Shown here piece after piece: positions 43,359 to 53,362 of a stretch of 64,000 bases of DNA. The translations under genes were made by a program, and so were the position numbers. The notes under the pieces were generated by a model that was not told the DNA's origin, ran no database searches, and worked only from the letters and a program-made list of their open reading frames with translations. Each line of letters opens with the position of its first letter. The stretch's first letter is position 1. This DNA comes from a bacterium (GTDB lineage: Bacteria; Zixibacteria; MSB-5A5; GN15; FEB-12): the NCBI GenBank assembly GCA_043811375.1, contig JBDRNJ010000036.1, positions 648 through 64,647 on the forward strand, in the 5' to 3' direction.

Positions 43359-46289
43359 TCAGGAAACGGAGCCGCGAATATCGATATCGTATTGCTTGAT
43401 CTTCAGCCGCAGGGTCGATTCCGGAATATTCAACACCGCGGCGGCGTGCTTTTTGATTCCGTTCTTCTCCCGTAAGGCCTTGATGATATGCTGCTTCTCA
43501 AGTCCGGCCAGATAGTCGTAGAGTGAGTACTCCTGCGAGAACTGCAAATGCTCAGTAACCTGGCTGGACACAGCCGATCCGTTGCCGTTGTCGTCGGTAG
43601 TAGCGAGAACCTTTCCAGACAGCACACTGGAATCGATTTCCTCACTATCACCGGCCAACAGTACGAGTTTCTTGACCTCGTTTTCCAACTCGCGGATGTT
43701 GCCCGGCCAATCGTAAGCCGTCAGCAACCTCATTACTTCCGCCGATACCCGACGGCCGGTGCCATTGAGGAAATGAGACACCAGCAACGGAATATCCGCT
43801 CGCCGCTCTCTCAACGGCGGTAACCGGAAAGTAAGAGCCGTCATACGATAGTACAGATCCTGCCGGAACAGCCCCGCCTCCATTTGCTCTTTGAGATCCT
43901 TGTTGGTAGCCGAGATAACCCGAACATCCACTTTGCGGGACACCGTCTCACCCAGCCGGACAATTTCCTGCTGTTCCAGGACTCTCAGGATCTTAGCCTG
44001 GATACCAAGCGGCATGTCCGCTATCTCATCAAGGAAGAAAGTCCCGCCGTCAGCTTCTTCAAAAAGTCCGGGCTTATCGCGGTCGGCACCGGTGAACGCC
44101 CCCCGCTTGAAACCAAAAAGCTCCGACTCCAGAAGTGTCTCCGGCAGCGCGGCACAGTTAACGGAAATCAGGCGTTTATCCCGCCGATCGGAATTGAAGT
44201 GTATCGCCCGGACCAGCAGATCCTTGCCGGTGCCGGTCTCACCCTCAATCGATATCGATATGTTGGCATTGACAACCTGCCGCACCCGACTCAGCATCTC
44301 CAGCAACTCCCCGCTCTGAGTGACGATATTAGGGAAAGCCGCTTCCTCCTTCAACTGATCTCTCAATCGACGGTTGTCTTCAGCCAACTCGCGCTTCTGA
44401 ATCTCCGCCCACTTGAAAGCAATTAAATCTGAAAAACCAACAGCGAAGTTGAGGTTCTCCTGGCTGAAAGGATTCAAACCGTTATCGCGCGAAATTCGAT
44501 CCAGATACAGGTAGCAGACAGTGTCGTCACTCATCTTGAACGGCACCACCACTACGCTGGCAACCACATCCGGAACATCCGGGAACAAGTCATTGAGGAA
44601 CGGGTCCCGACGGCAATCCAAAATCAGGGTCGGTTTGGTTCGGGATATTTCCTGGCCGAGAAGATTACTAAAATTCTCACAAAAACGCCTGGCCCGCTGG
44701 TCAGACATGGAGAACGAATTGATTACAGGTGTCTTATCATCACCCGGTGCATACAATAAAGCCCGACTACCCCCGGTTCTCCTCAGGAGAATACCCAGAA
44801 TTTCCTCCATGGCGCCCGACTCGAAGTCGGACAGCTCCGCCGGAGTTATCAAGCTGCCGAAAATTTTGTATTCGTTTTCCTGAGATATCGACAACGCCAC
44901 CGCCTGCTCCGAAAGCGACTGCAAGAATTTGTGTACCGCCCGTACTTTGACCTTCTCATCCAGGGATGCAAACGCTTTCTCGGCCCGATTCAATTTTTTG
45001 AAGCCATGAGCCAGATCTCCATGCCGGCAGGCGAGAATTCCAGCCTTGAAATCGGTCCGGGCAACCCAATAATCCGCCTTCAGCTTTCTAAAGAGCCGGT
45101 GCGCCTCATCCAGAGCGGCACGAATACCCTGCTGATCTTCCTGGGGAATTGCCATACATATTTCCGCCATCGTCAGCAATGTGCGGCCAAGATCGTAAGG
45201 ATCAGCAACTTCCCTGAGAATCTCGATAGCCTGACGAATGTTCTGCAGAGCTTCTTCATGCTCATCGTGAGCCCCATAGACCTGCGCTATCACGCGGTAC
45301 GACAGACCAATCTCAACCTTCTCACCCAGCGCCAGTGACATTTCCAGGGCTTTCTGACCATACTTCATGGCATCGTCGATATTGTCCAGCGCCAGTTCCG
45401 CCTCGGCCAGCCGTCGCCCGGCCTGAGACACCAGTGATGATGCCGGAGCCAGCACCAGCCCCTGCTGATAAGCTTCGCTTAAAAGCGTCTTGGCACGAAA
45501 CATATCGCCTCTCTCAAGTGCCAACTCACCGGCAAATTTCAAATAGAGAATCTTCTCCCTCTTCAGACCCAGACGACTGATAATTTCCAGAGCATTATCA
45601 AGATCGCGGCGGGCCAGTATAAACTGGCGACGCCTCAGACGAAGGTACCCCAGAGACAGGAGGTTTATCACCTTCGACACTTCATGATTGTGCTCGGTGT
45701 TGTATTTGAGAGCTTCCGTCAGGTCTTTCTCGGCTTGTTTCCATCGGCCGGTGCAGATGAGCAAAGTGCCGGTGTTGCCGAGCAACTGCGATACCTTGCG
45801 CGGGTTGTCACCCACTTTCGATACCGCTTCGGTGAGAAAACTCACCCCCGCTCGATATTCAGAGCGGATGGACGAAATTCGCGCCAGTTCGTTCAGCGAG
45901 TTAACCTGACCAACCGGATCCGACGCTCGCCGGAACGATGCCAGCGCATCACGCGCCCGTATCTCGGCGTTTTTCAGGTCACCCATTGCCGAATATGACT
46001 TGGACAAAACCAGCTGCGTCCAGCCGTAGCGGCGATTGAGAGGGAAGTCGGCCAGCAACTTGGCCGCCCGTAACCCGGATTGCAGAGCTTTGCGGTAGTT
46101 GCCCTCGAAGTAGCTGCCCTCCGCCTTCAACAGCAGGAACAAACCATGTTCATGTTCTTTTTCGGAAAACTCGGATTCAGACAGGTCGGCCAACTCCTGC
46201 AACGCGGCATTATACTGACGTTGCCGGAATAGACCCTCAAGAGAGAGCAGACGGCCATCAAAAGACACTTGTGGCGAGGAAAGTGGCAT
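43359..46289 (-). CDS. Sigma-54-dependent transcriptional activator with N-terminal TPR-like repeats and a GAF-like domain
   Basis: AAA+ core GETGTGKDLLVRAIH, GAFTGA loop (ESELFGFKRGAFTGA), FFLDEI and RERRADI. C-terminal Fis-type HTH (AAAVLNIPESTLRLKIKQY). About 430 aa of TPR-like repeats lie upstream. Confidence 0.88.
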   Translation of the reverse strand: MPLSSPQVSFDGRLLSLEGLFRQRQYNAALQELADLSESEFSEKEHEHGLFLLLKAEGSYFEGNYRKALQSGLRAAKLLADFPLNRRYGWTQLVLSKSYSAMGDLKNAEIRARDALASFRRASDPVGQVNSLNELARISSIRSEYRAGVSFLTEAVSKVGDNPRKVSQLLGNTGTLLICTGRWKQAEKDLTEALKYNTEHNHEVSKVINLLSLGYLRLRRRQFILARRDLDNALEIISRLGLKREKILYLKFAGELALERGDMFRAKTLLSEAYQQGLVLAPASSLVSQAGRRLAEAELALDNIDDAMKYGQKALEMSLALGEKVEIGLSYRVIAQVYGAHDEHEEALQNIRQAIEILREVADPYDLGRTLLTMAEICMAIPQEDQQGIRAALDEAHRLFRKLKADYWVARTDFKAGILACRHGDLAHGFKKLNRAEKAFASLDEKVKVRAVHKFLQSLSEQAVALSISQENEYKIFGSLITPAELSDFESGAMEEILGILLRRTGGSRALLYAPGDDKTPVINSFSMSDQRARRFCENFSNLLGQEISRTKPTLILDCRRDPFLNDLFPDVPDVVASVVVVPFKMSDDTVCYLYLDRISRDNGLNPFSQENLNFAVGFSDLIAFKWAEIQKRELAEDNRRLRDQLKEEAAFPNIVTQSGELLEMLSRVRQVVNANISISIEGETGTGKDLLVRAIHFNSDRRDKRLISVNCAALPETLLESELFGFKRGAFTGADRDKPGLFEEADGGTFFLDEIADMPLGIQAKILRVLEQQEIVRLGETVSRKVDVRVISATNKDLKEQMEAGLFRQDLYYRMTALTFRLPPLRERRADIPLLVSHFLNGTGRRVSAEVMRLLTAYDWPGNIRELENEVKKLVLLAGDSEEIDSSVLSGKVLATTDDNGNGSAVSSQVTEHLQFSQEYSLYDYLAGLEKQHIIKALREKNGIKKHAAAVLNIPESTLRLKIKQYDIDIRGSVS

Positions 46290-46315
46290 TCTTAAGCTCT
46301 TCGTTAGCGGTTACA

Positions 46316-46699
46316 TCATCTGATAGATCCGGTATGCTCTGCTTTCGTGTTCATCTTCTCACCGGTGGCTGAAACCGCTTCGCCGCGATCGAAGTCGCTA
46401 CCGGATGAGATGGTCTGCACGTTCGCTCCGTCAGCAATGATGACATCTGAAGAAAAGTTAACAAACTTCAAAAACAGATTCAACCACCACGGCGACTCCC
46501 AACCACTCGGAGGGTTGTAAGAAGTTTCCTTTTCGTCACCGGGGTTGACCACCGTAGTGTCATCACCGACATTTTCACCATTGCCACCATCATCGGCATC
46601 CCATGGTAACTCATCGTCGGACATAACGGGTGCAGAGAAGAAGCAGGTGAAAGCGAACACCACCATCATGAGCGCTGCACCGAACTGCAAACGTTTCAT
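46316..46699 (-). CDS. Small secreted acidic protein, unknown function
   Basis: Signal peptide MKRLQFGAALMMVVFAFTCFFSAPVMS followed by a D/E/G-rich stretch. AGGAGG lies 7 nt before the ATG. The gene sits 27 nt upstream of the sigma-54 activator on the same strand. Confidence 0.6.
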   Translation of the reverse strand: MKRLQFGAALMMVVFAFTCFFSAPVMSDDELPWDADDGGNGENVGDDTTVVNPGDEKETSYNPPSGWESPWWLNLFLKFVNFSSDVIIADGANVQTISSGSDFDRGEAVSATGEKMNTKAEHTGSIR

Positions 46700-46811
46700 G
46701 AGCTTTGCCTCCTATTGTGTTATTTCCCGTACTAGCCGCAACCATACGGGTACGACAGATACTTAAATTACAGGACAAAAACGTCGAAAAAACGCACATC
46801 TTTCCATTTGA

Positions 46812-46840
46812 AGGATAACCAATTCATAGCCCCTTGTCAA
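46812..46840 (-). promoter_or_regulatory. Candidate sigma-70-type promoter TTGACA-17 nt-TATCCT for the small secreted protein / activator operon
   Basis: Read on the minus strand, about 110 nt upstream of the ATG at 46699. Confidence 0.4.
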
Positions 46841-46854
46841 GCAATATCTTAGTA

Positions 46855-46879
46855 TGGCGCAGATTTTGCGCCTTAATTT
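46855..46879 (+). promoter_or_regulatory. Ambiguous element: sigma-54 -24/-12-like box TGGCGCAGATTTTGCG, which is also a GGCGCA-GATT-TGCGCC hairpin followed by TTAATTTTT
   Basis: The GG and GC dinucleotides have exactly the canonical TGGCAC-N5-TTGC spacing. The same bases also fold as an intrinsic-terminator-like hairpin plus T-run. No plus-strand gene is annotated on either side. Confidence 0.3.
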
Positions 46880-47384
46880 TTGAAACTTTATGGAATCGCC
46901 GGTAATTCCCCTGCCGGAACCGGTCTGTTGTGAACACCAATGCTCCTGTTCAGTGTGATTGGCAGTAACCTCAAGCGTTCGCAGTAACTATCTTAACCCG
47001 TTGTATCCCTTGGTGGTACATAGATTGAGATCGTCTAAAACAGGTTCCGGCCATGTCACTTCGCACGCCAAACGAAACTGCGATTCACCAACTCCGCGTA
47101 AAGGCGGGCCTTGCGTCCGCTGCCTGCATCACCAGTCCCTGGTCAATGCAGCCAGGGCATTTCGCGTTCCGGTCGTTTCTATTCACACCGCGTACGAACG
47201 GAATCCGGCTCAATTGAGACCGTACGGTCATAGCCACGGCGCTGTCGTCTCCGACAAGCCTGTACGATATCCATGTATCCAAGTCGAATCGGTTCTTACC
47301 CGTGTGAAACAGGTTCTTGCCAGCCGGTCGGATTCTTCCGACGACAATGGAGCGTCCGACTGATCGCCGTGGTTCCGATTTCAA

Positions 47385-48359
47385 TCACCTGACCTTCAGC
47401 GACCGATGGAACCGATCCAGTTGTTTCAGGAGTTGCCGATCGTCGACTATGCTCTGCTGCCTCTCCCGCTTGCGTGCGGCCAGTATACGACGGATATTCT
47501 TCAGAGCCATGAAAGTACTCCGCCAGATCGTGGGATTCAGCGAGAGCAGTCTCAACATGTGGAAGAACACATGGGAAACCAGAAAAACCGGAGAGTGGAT
47601 GTTTTTCCAGGTGAAGATCAGGCGGTTGCGAGTTGCTATCAAACGCACTCGCCGCCGCTTGAAGACGCCCAAGCTCTGGCTCACTTGGTGGTATGCTACG
47701 GACTTCGGCTCGTACACAATCCGCCAACCACGTTTCAAGGCCCGGTAGGCCATATCGGTCTCTTCAAAAACGAACGGCGACAGCAGCTCGTCAAAGCCTC
47801 CGAGCTCTCCCACCTTAGCCGCGTCGGCAAAGAAGTATGCTCCCTGTACACCGGCAGACCAGAGTGGTCCCGGATCGGCCAGATTGTTCGGTAGCTTGTC
47901 ATTCACGATGTTCTCGGTGACCCGCAAGAGTCCCCGGCGCCATTTCATGAGCTTGACACCATCGATCTGCTCATCGGAACCATAGCGGTAGCCGCAGGTT
48001 GTCACTGCAAACGTATTGGGATCGTCAAAATGTCCTGCAAAATGATCGAAGAAGTCCTCGCTGAGCTCTACGTCGGTGTTCAGGAAGAACAGGATCCTGC
48101 CCGTCGCTGCTCTAATGCCGGTGTTGCATGTCTTGGAGAACCCGCCGTTACAATTGCGTTTCAGAATCTCCAACGCCGGACACTGTCGCCGATAACAATC
48201 AATTAGGGTTAAAGAATCGTCGGTCGAACAATCGTCGACGAACAGAATCTCCTTTTGACCCTGGTACCGCTCGACCGCCTTGATCACTGATGGGAAGAAC
48301 ACCGGTACCAGGTCCACACCGTTATAGTTCGGGATGATTACGCTGAGTGATGGAAGCAT
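47385..48359 (-). CDS. Family 2 glycosyltransferase
   Basis: LSVIIPNYNG...ILFVDDCSTDDS...FLNTDVEL (DxD-like) are GT2/GT-A hallmarks; 324 aa. Confidence 0.85.
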   Translation of the reverse strand: MLPSLSVIIPNYNGVDLVPVFFPSVIKAVERYQGQKEILFVDDCSTDDSLTLIDCYRRQCPALEILKRNCNGGFSKTCNTGIRAATGRILFFLNTDVELSEDFFDHFAGHFDDPNTFAVTTCGYRYGSDEQIDGVKLMKWRRGLLRVTENIVNDKLPNNLADPGPLWSAGVQGAYFFADAAKVGELGGFDELLSPFVFEETDMAYRALKRGWRIVYEPKSVAYHQVSQSLGVFKRRRVRLIATRNRLIFTWKNIHSPVFLVSHVFFHMLRLLSLNPTIWRSTFMALKNIRRILAARKRERQQSIVDDRQLLKQLDRFHRSLKVR

Positions 48360-48708
48360 TCTATGCCCGACCGTTCCAGACCGTGATCATGATCCATCCG
48401 AGGACTGTCATCGCCATTGAGAACGACCGCGTTCTCCCCGGAAGACTTTGTGTAACCACGACGGCGCCAGTCATGGAATCCCTATTTTGGCGTAGTGATG
48501 AACTACCTATTGCGACGCAGGGTAGGTCAGATGCGGCGGCATGTCAAGCCTGGTACAGATAGCCGTCGGGTTTGTCACCGCTCTGACCGAGCTGGGTAGC
48601 TCACCTTATGAGACTACCCCGACTCACCAGGCACAATAGCATTCACAGACAGCTTGCCGGCTGCGTCATGTGGCAGATTCCGGATAGTCCCAAGGGATGA
48701 GGTCGTTT

Positions 48709-49977
48709 TCAGTCGCTTTCGAGTCTCCTGATATAGGCCGGAATCGTTCGGTCGTCTTCTGAAAACAGCGGCACCCGGTTGCGACCGCTGTTGCCGTTAC
48801 CGTTACCTTCTCCGGAATCGGGATTATCCTGATAACCGCTGCTGTCGGCAACAGCTCCCACCGGTTCGGGTTGCTCAACCTGTTTTGTCTGGGGGAAGCT
48901 GGCGTCGGGAAACAATGAAATAGGCCTGGCGGCCATGACGGCCGGTTTTTCCTCGGGAATTCTGACGGGTTTTGTTTCCAGCGTGGATGAGAACCCGGTG
49001 GCGATAACGGTCACTCGCATCTGGTTGTTCATATTCGGATCGATAACGGCCCCAAAAATGATATTGGCATCATCCCCGGCTGCTTCGTAGACCAGTGAAG
49101 TCGCCGCATTAACATCAAACAGCGTCAGATCCTCACCGCCGGTTACGTTTATGAGAACACCCCTGGCGCCACCGATGGACACATCCTCCAACAATGGCGA
49201 AGAGATCGCTTGTTGAGCGGCGTCGATCGCCTTTTCATCCCCCTCCCCCAGTCCGGTGCCCATCAGGGCGTTGCCCCTTTCGAGCATAACCGTGCGCACA
49301 TCGGCGAAATCGCAATTGATCAGACCGGGGATCGTGATCAGATCGGATATGCCTTTGGTGGCCTGGTGCAGGACATCGTCGGCAGTGGCAAAGGCAGCGT
49401 TGAGAGTCGTTTTCTTGTCGACTATTTCCAGCAGTCGTTCGTTGGGTATGGTAATCAGGGTATCAACTTTATCCCGCAGTTCCGAAAGTCCCTGGTCGGC
49501 TCGCCGGGTTCTTTGGGCTCCCTCAAACTTAAAAGGTCGAGTGACAATAGCCACCGTCAGGGCTCCGGCCTCTTTGGCAATTTCAGCTACTACCGGGGCA
49601 GCTCCGGTACCGGTGCCGCCGCCCATCCCGGCCGTGATAAAGACCAGATTGGGAGTGCCGATTTCCTGGGCTACATCCTTCCGGTTTTCCTCAATAGCCC
49701 GCTTACCAACTTCAGGATTGGCTCCGGCCCCAAGCCCGCCGGTCAGTTCCTCCCCGATCTGCACCTTTTTGTCAGCCCGATTCTGGTCGAGTACCTGAGC
49801 ATCAGTGTTGACGGCAATAAACTCCACTCCCCGCAGACCGGCTTCGATCATCCGGTTGACGGCGTTACCGCCGCCGCCACCAACTCCGACGACTTTGATA
49901 TTGGCATAGCCGACAAAGTCCTCGGAAAACTTGAAAGTATGCTTCTGTTCCGCCATATCCGGTTCCTCCATGAACAC
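48709..49977 (-). CDS. ftsZ: Cell division GTPase FtsZ
   Basis: [17 protein letters not shown], tubulin signature [16 protein letters not shown], and the C-terminal conserved peptide IPAYIRR. The start could be one of three Met codons between 49956 and 49977. Confidence 0.95.
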   Translation of the reverse strand: MFMEEPDMAEQKHTFKFSEDFVGYANIKVVGVGGGGGNAVNRMIEAGLRGVEFIAVNTDAQVLDQNRADKKVQIGEELTGGLGAGANPEVGKRAIEENRKDVAQEIGTPNLVFITAGMGGGTGTGAAPVVAEIAKEAGALTVAIVTRPFKFEGAQRTRRADQGLSELRDKVDTLITIPNERLLEIVDKKTTLNAAFATADDVLHQATKGISDLITIPGLINCDFADVRTVMLERGNALMGTGLGEGDEKAIDAAQQAISSPLLEDVSIGGARGVLINVTGGEDLTLFDVNAATSLVYEAAGDDANIIFGAVIDPNMNNQMRVTVIATGFSSTLETKPVRIPEEKPAVMAARPISLFPDASFPQTKQVEQPEPVGAVADSSGYQDNPDSGEGNGNGNSGRNRVPLFSEDDRTIPAYIRRLESD

Positions 49978-49984
49978 TTTGATA

Positions 49985-51229
49985 TTAAAATTGTCTTGAT
50001 ATCCAACTTTCCAGTCGTTTCAAAAGCCGACGCGACGCCCCCCGCTTGCCGGCCAGTGCCGGTTCGTGCTTGAAGCCATACAACAGCAGGCCGTGAGCGG
50101 TGGTGAAGCGGGTTGTCTTCAGTTCATCCGGAGTGTGTTCGATACCGCTGATGTCAGCCACCCGGACAGGCAGGTCAAACATCTGCTCGACCAATTCTCC
50201 GGTGCCGGGCAGCATGGCTCCGCCGCCGGTGAGAACGACTCCCGTCGCCAGTACGTCGGCGGTAACGGAGCGTTTCAGCTCTCGAATGACCAGCGACAGT
50301 ATCTCTTCCATGCGGGGCTCAATTATAGCCGCCAGGACACTGTGTGAAATCTCTTTCGTTTCCGAACGCGAGGCGCTGTGGATGGGTAACATTTCCTCCG
50401 GATCTACCAGCGACGCCAGGGCTGCCCCATGGCTCAATTTGAGTGTCTCGGCCCGGTCCACCGTCATACGCAGACCGATGGCGATATCGCCGGTCACGTT
50501 GCGGGCGCCCAGCGGTACTACCGCCGTGTGTTGAATGGCGCCTTCATAGAACACGGAAACATTGGTGATGTCACCGCCCAGGTCGACCATAATAACGCCG
50601 GTTTCCATTTCATGATCGGTCAGCACCGTCTGTGACAGGGCCAGTGATTCGAGTACCATGTGGTCAACTTCGAGCCGGCAGCGCTCCAGGGCGCGGAAGA
50701 TATTGCGCGCCGTCGTCACCGATGCCGTCACAATGTGGGCTTCCACCTCCAATCGGACACCGGACATCCCCACCGGGTCCCGTACACCGGTCTGATCATC
50801 CACCGAAAACTGTTGTGGGATGACGTGGATTATTTCCCGGTCGACGGGGATGGCCACGGTTCGAGCCGCCTCGATGGCTCGCCTGACATCACCGGAAGTA
50901 ATTTCATTGTCGGCACGATTAACTGCCACCACGCCGTGGCTGTTGATGGATCGGATGTGCTCACCGGCAATACCCACCGTGACACGGTCGATCTCGGTTC
51001 CCGAAACCAGAGCCGCATCACGAACAGCATTCTGTATCGAGCCGACTGTCTTCTCCATATCCACCACCATTCCCCGCCGCATTCCTTCCGTGGGGGCGAT
51101 TCCGTGCCCGATCACATAGATACGCCCCTCCTGATCCATCTCCCCCACCAGGGTCACGATCCTGCTGGTGCCGATATCGAGTGCCGCCAGAATGTTCTCG
51201 GTAGCCATCTCAGTTCTTCCCACCATCAC
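49985..51229 (-). CDS. ftsA: Cell division protein FtsA
   Basis: Actin-fold motifs [23 protein letters not shown] and [11 protein letters not shown]; 414 aa, located upstream of ftsZ. Confidence 0.93.
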   Translation of the reverse strand: MMVGRTEMATENILAALDIGTSRIVTLVGEMDQEGRIYVIGHGIAPTEGMRRGMVVDMEKTVGSIQNAVRDAALVSGTEIDRVTVGIAGEHIRSINSHGVVAVNRADNEITSGDVRRAIEAARTVAIPVDREIIHVIPQQFSVDDQTGVRDPVGMSGVRLEVEAHIVTASVTTARNIFRALERCRLEVDHMVLESLALSQTVLTDHEMETGVIMVDLGGDITNVSVFYEGAIQHTAVVPLGARNVTGDIAIGLRMTVDRAETLKLSHGAALASLVDPEEMLPIHSASRSETKEISHSVLAAIIEPRMEEILSLVIRELKRSVTADVLATGVVLTGGGAMLPGTGELVEQMFDLPVRVADISGIEHTPDELKTTRFTTAHGLLLYGFKHEPALAGKRGASRRLLKRLESWISRQF

Positions 51230-51935
51230 AGATAATCAAGCTGTCGTATCTCAGATCAATACGACTGACACCTTCCAGATCGGCATCAAATCGAGTGATC
51301 ATCTCTACCAGTCTTTCCAGGTCCGCCACCAATCTTTCCGGTCGCATCGCCAGACGGTATGACTGCCCGGCCAGAGCAACCTGCAGGTAGTCAGTTGTTT
51401 CGAAGTCAATTTCATCCACCAGCCGAAGCAGGTTACGGTTGCGATGGCGCAGCGACGCCAACTGGTCAGCCACCACCTTGACCCTGACATCGCGGGCGTA
51501 TTGAAAAGCCCTGATCCCGCCGATTCCGGTAAGCATCGGTCGCTCCCAGTCAGTGACGGCGTGATCCAGCGGAACAGCCCGGCCGCCGGGGTCAAGTCCC
51601 CAGATCATGCCGGTGGATTTGTCCACCAGAAAACAAACCGGTTCAAAGGCATTGGTCCTGATCTGCAGTGTGTGTGGCCAGGAACAGGAAATATCTACCT
51701 GAAACGTATTCTCACCGGCCAGCAGCGCTTGAGCCAGACTATCGAAGGGTTGGCGGAAGAGAGACCCCTGCCGGAGCATGTCGAACTGCTGTGGCCAGTC
51801 ACTGACCGGCCGGCCGTCCAGAGTGACCGTTTCGAGACGGCAGGCATCAGTATAGTTGACGATCACGGTCAACACCGCGACGATCAGAGTCACCGCCACC
51901 AGCAGTAGTTTCATTCTGCGTGACAGCATCTTCAT
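51210..51935 (-). CDS. ftsQ: Cell division protein FtsQ (POTRA-containing)
   Basis: A single N-terminal TM helix followed by a POTRA-like segment. The call rests mainly on its position between murC and ftsA. Confidence 0.7.
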   Translation of the reverse strand: MKMLSRRMKLLLVAVTLIVAVLTVIVNYTDACRLETVTLDGRPVSDWPQQFDMLRQGSLFRQPFDSLAQALLAGENTFQVDISCSWPHTLQIRTNAFEPVCFLVDKSTGMIWGLDPGGRAVPLDHAVTDWERPMLTGIGGIRAFQYARDVRVKVVADQLASLRHRNRNLLRLVDEIDFETTDYLQVALAGQSYRLAMRPERLVADLERLVEMITRFDADLEGVSRIDLRYDSLIICDGGKN

Positions 51936-53362
51936 ACCTGCGTCAGCTCCATGAGCAACCGCTGTTTGATCCGAGTGATCGTGCCTGCTCCCATGGTGAT
52001 GATAGTGTCACCGGGTCTTGCTATCCGGGCTGCTTCGACCGGAGCTTTTTCCATTGCTCCCAGGTAACGGAAGTCACCGCCACCCTGTTGGTGCGCTTGA
52101 CGCATGATCACTTCCGATGTAATACCCTCGATCGGTTTCTCGCGGGCCGGATAGATGTCCACCAGCAGACAGACGTCGGCTGTGGCCAGCGCCCGGGCAA
52201 ACTCAACCTGAAAATCACGCGTGCGGCTGAAGAGATGCGGCTGGTAGATCACGATTATGCGACCGGAGTAGACTTCGCGGGCGGCACTGAGGGTGGCGGT
52301 AATCTCCGTCGGGTGGTGAGCGTAGTCGTCTATCACCGTGACGCCGTTGACCTCACCGATGACTTCGAATCGTCGTCCGACACCTCTGAATGACTGCAAG
52401 CCCTCCGCAATCGCTGCAAACGGCACATCCAGTTCGCGGCAGGCCGCCACTGCTGCCATCGCGTTGGCGACATTGTGTCGGCCCGGCACCCGCAGCCTGA
52501 TCTCACCCAACAACTCCTCTCTGTGAAAGACGCTAAAAATCGACCGGCTCGACTGCCCGGTCGGTGCGATCGCCCGGTAATCAGCCTCTTCGGAGAACCC
52601 GAACGTCACACTCCGGCGTGTCAGCCTGGGTCGCAGCGCCATCAGCCGGGAGTCATCCGCCGACAGTACCACCGCTCCGTAAAAGGGCACCTGGTTCATA
52701 TACTTCATAAACGAATTCATCAGGTCATCCATATCGGCGTAGCAATCCATGTGGTCGCTTTCGAGATTGGTTACTACCGCCATAGCGGGATACATCGAAA
52801 GAAAAGACCGGTCATATTCGTCAGCCTCGGCCACCAGATAATCGCCCTTTCCCAGGGAGGCGCCGGTACCCAGTTCCGCCACGATCCCGCCGACGATAAG
52901 TGTCGGCTGGTAACCGCCGTGCTGCAGAATCATACCGATCATCGAGGTGGTGGTCGTTTTGCCGTGCGTACCGGAAACACCGATGGAGTACTTCAACCGC
53001 ATCAACTCACCCAGCATCTCCGCCCGTTTGATTACGGGGATGCCGCACTGCCGAGCGGCAATCACTTCCGGATTGTCTTCCCCCACCGCCGATGAGATAA
53101 CCACCACATCGGCCTCGTGAACCTGTTGGCCGGAGTGCTCGGCGTGTATCGGCACTCCCAGTGACTGCAGATAGCGCGTGATATCACTGGGGGATTGGTC
53201 CGAACCCGCCACCTGGTAACCGAGATTATACAGAATCTCTGCGATACCGGACATGCCGGCTCCGCCGATACCCACAAAATACAGTTTTTTAACTTTGCCG
53301 AACATTATTGAGCTACACCTGAACGGTTTGACCCTGTCCTTCAGTACCGATACCTCAGACAA
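51932..53362 (-). CDS. murC: UDP-N-acetylmuramate--L-alanine ligase
   Basis: FVGIGGAGMSGIAEIL, GTHGKTTTTSM, and its position in the dcw cluster. Confidence 0.93.
   Translation of the reverse strand: MSEVSVLKDRVKPFRCSSIMFGKVKKLYFVGIGGAGMSGIAEILYNLGYQVAGSDQSPSDITRYLQSLGVPIHAEHSGQQVHEADVVVISSAVGEDNPEVIAARQCGIPVIKRAEMLGELMRLKYSIGVSGTHGKTTTTSMIGMILQHGGYQPTLIVGGIVAELGTGASLGKGDYLVAEADEYDRSFLSMYPAMAVVTNLESDHMDCYADMDDLMNSFMKYMNQVPFYGAVVLSADDSRLMALRPRLTRRSVTFGFSEEADYRAIAPTGQSSRSIFSVFHREELLGEIRLRVPGRHNVANAMAAVAACRELDVPFAAIAEGLQSFRGVGRRFEVIGEVNGVTVIDDYAHHPTEITATLSAAREVYSGRIIVIYQPHLFSRTRDFQVEFARALATADVCLLVDIYPAREKPIEGITSEVIMRQAHQQGGGDFRYLGAMEKAPVEAARIARPGDTIITMGAGTITRIKQRLLMELTQV

Noticed and set aside
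46890-47363. Possible selenoprotein: the 22-codon Cys-rich ORF is in frame with the 134-aa ORF across a single TGA
   Set aside because: No SECIS-like hairpin follows the TGA (only a direct repeat, GCAGTAAC twice), and the downstream 134-aa translation is Arg/Ser-rich and not protein-like.
47085-47384. 99-aa minus-strand ORF abutting the GT2 stop
   Set aside because: It has a TTG start with no SD, it is Arg-rich, and I recognise no motif. It is kept only as a possible gene remnant inside the 46812-47384 finding.
49210-50073. 287-aa plus-strand ORF
   Set aside because: It is antisense to ftsZ and the ftsA 3' end, so it is a shadow ORF.
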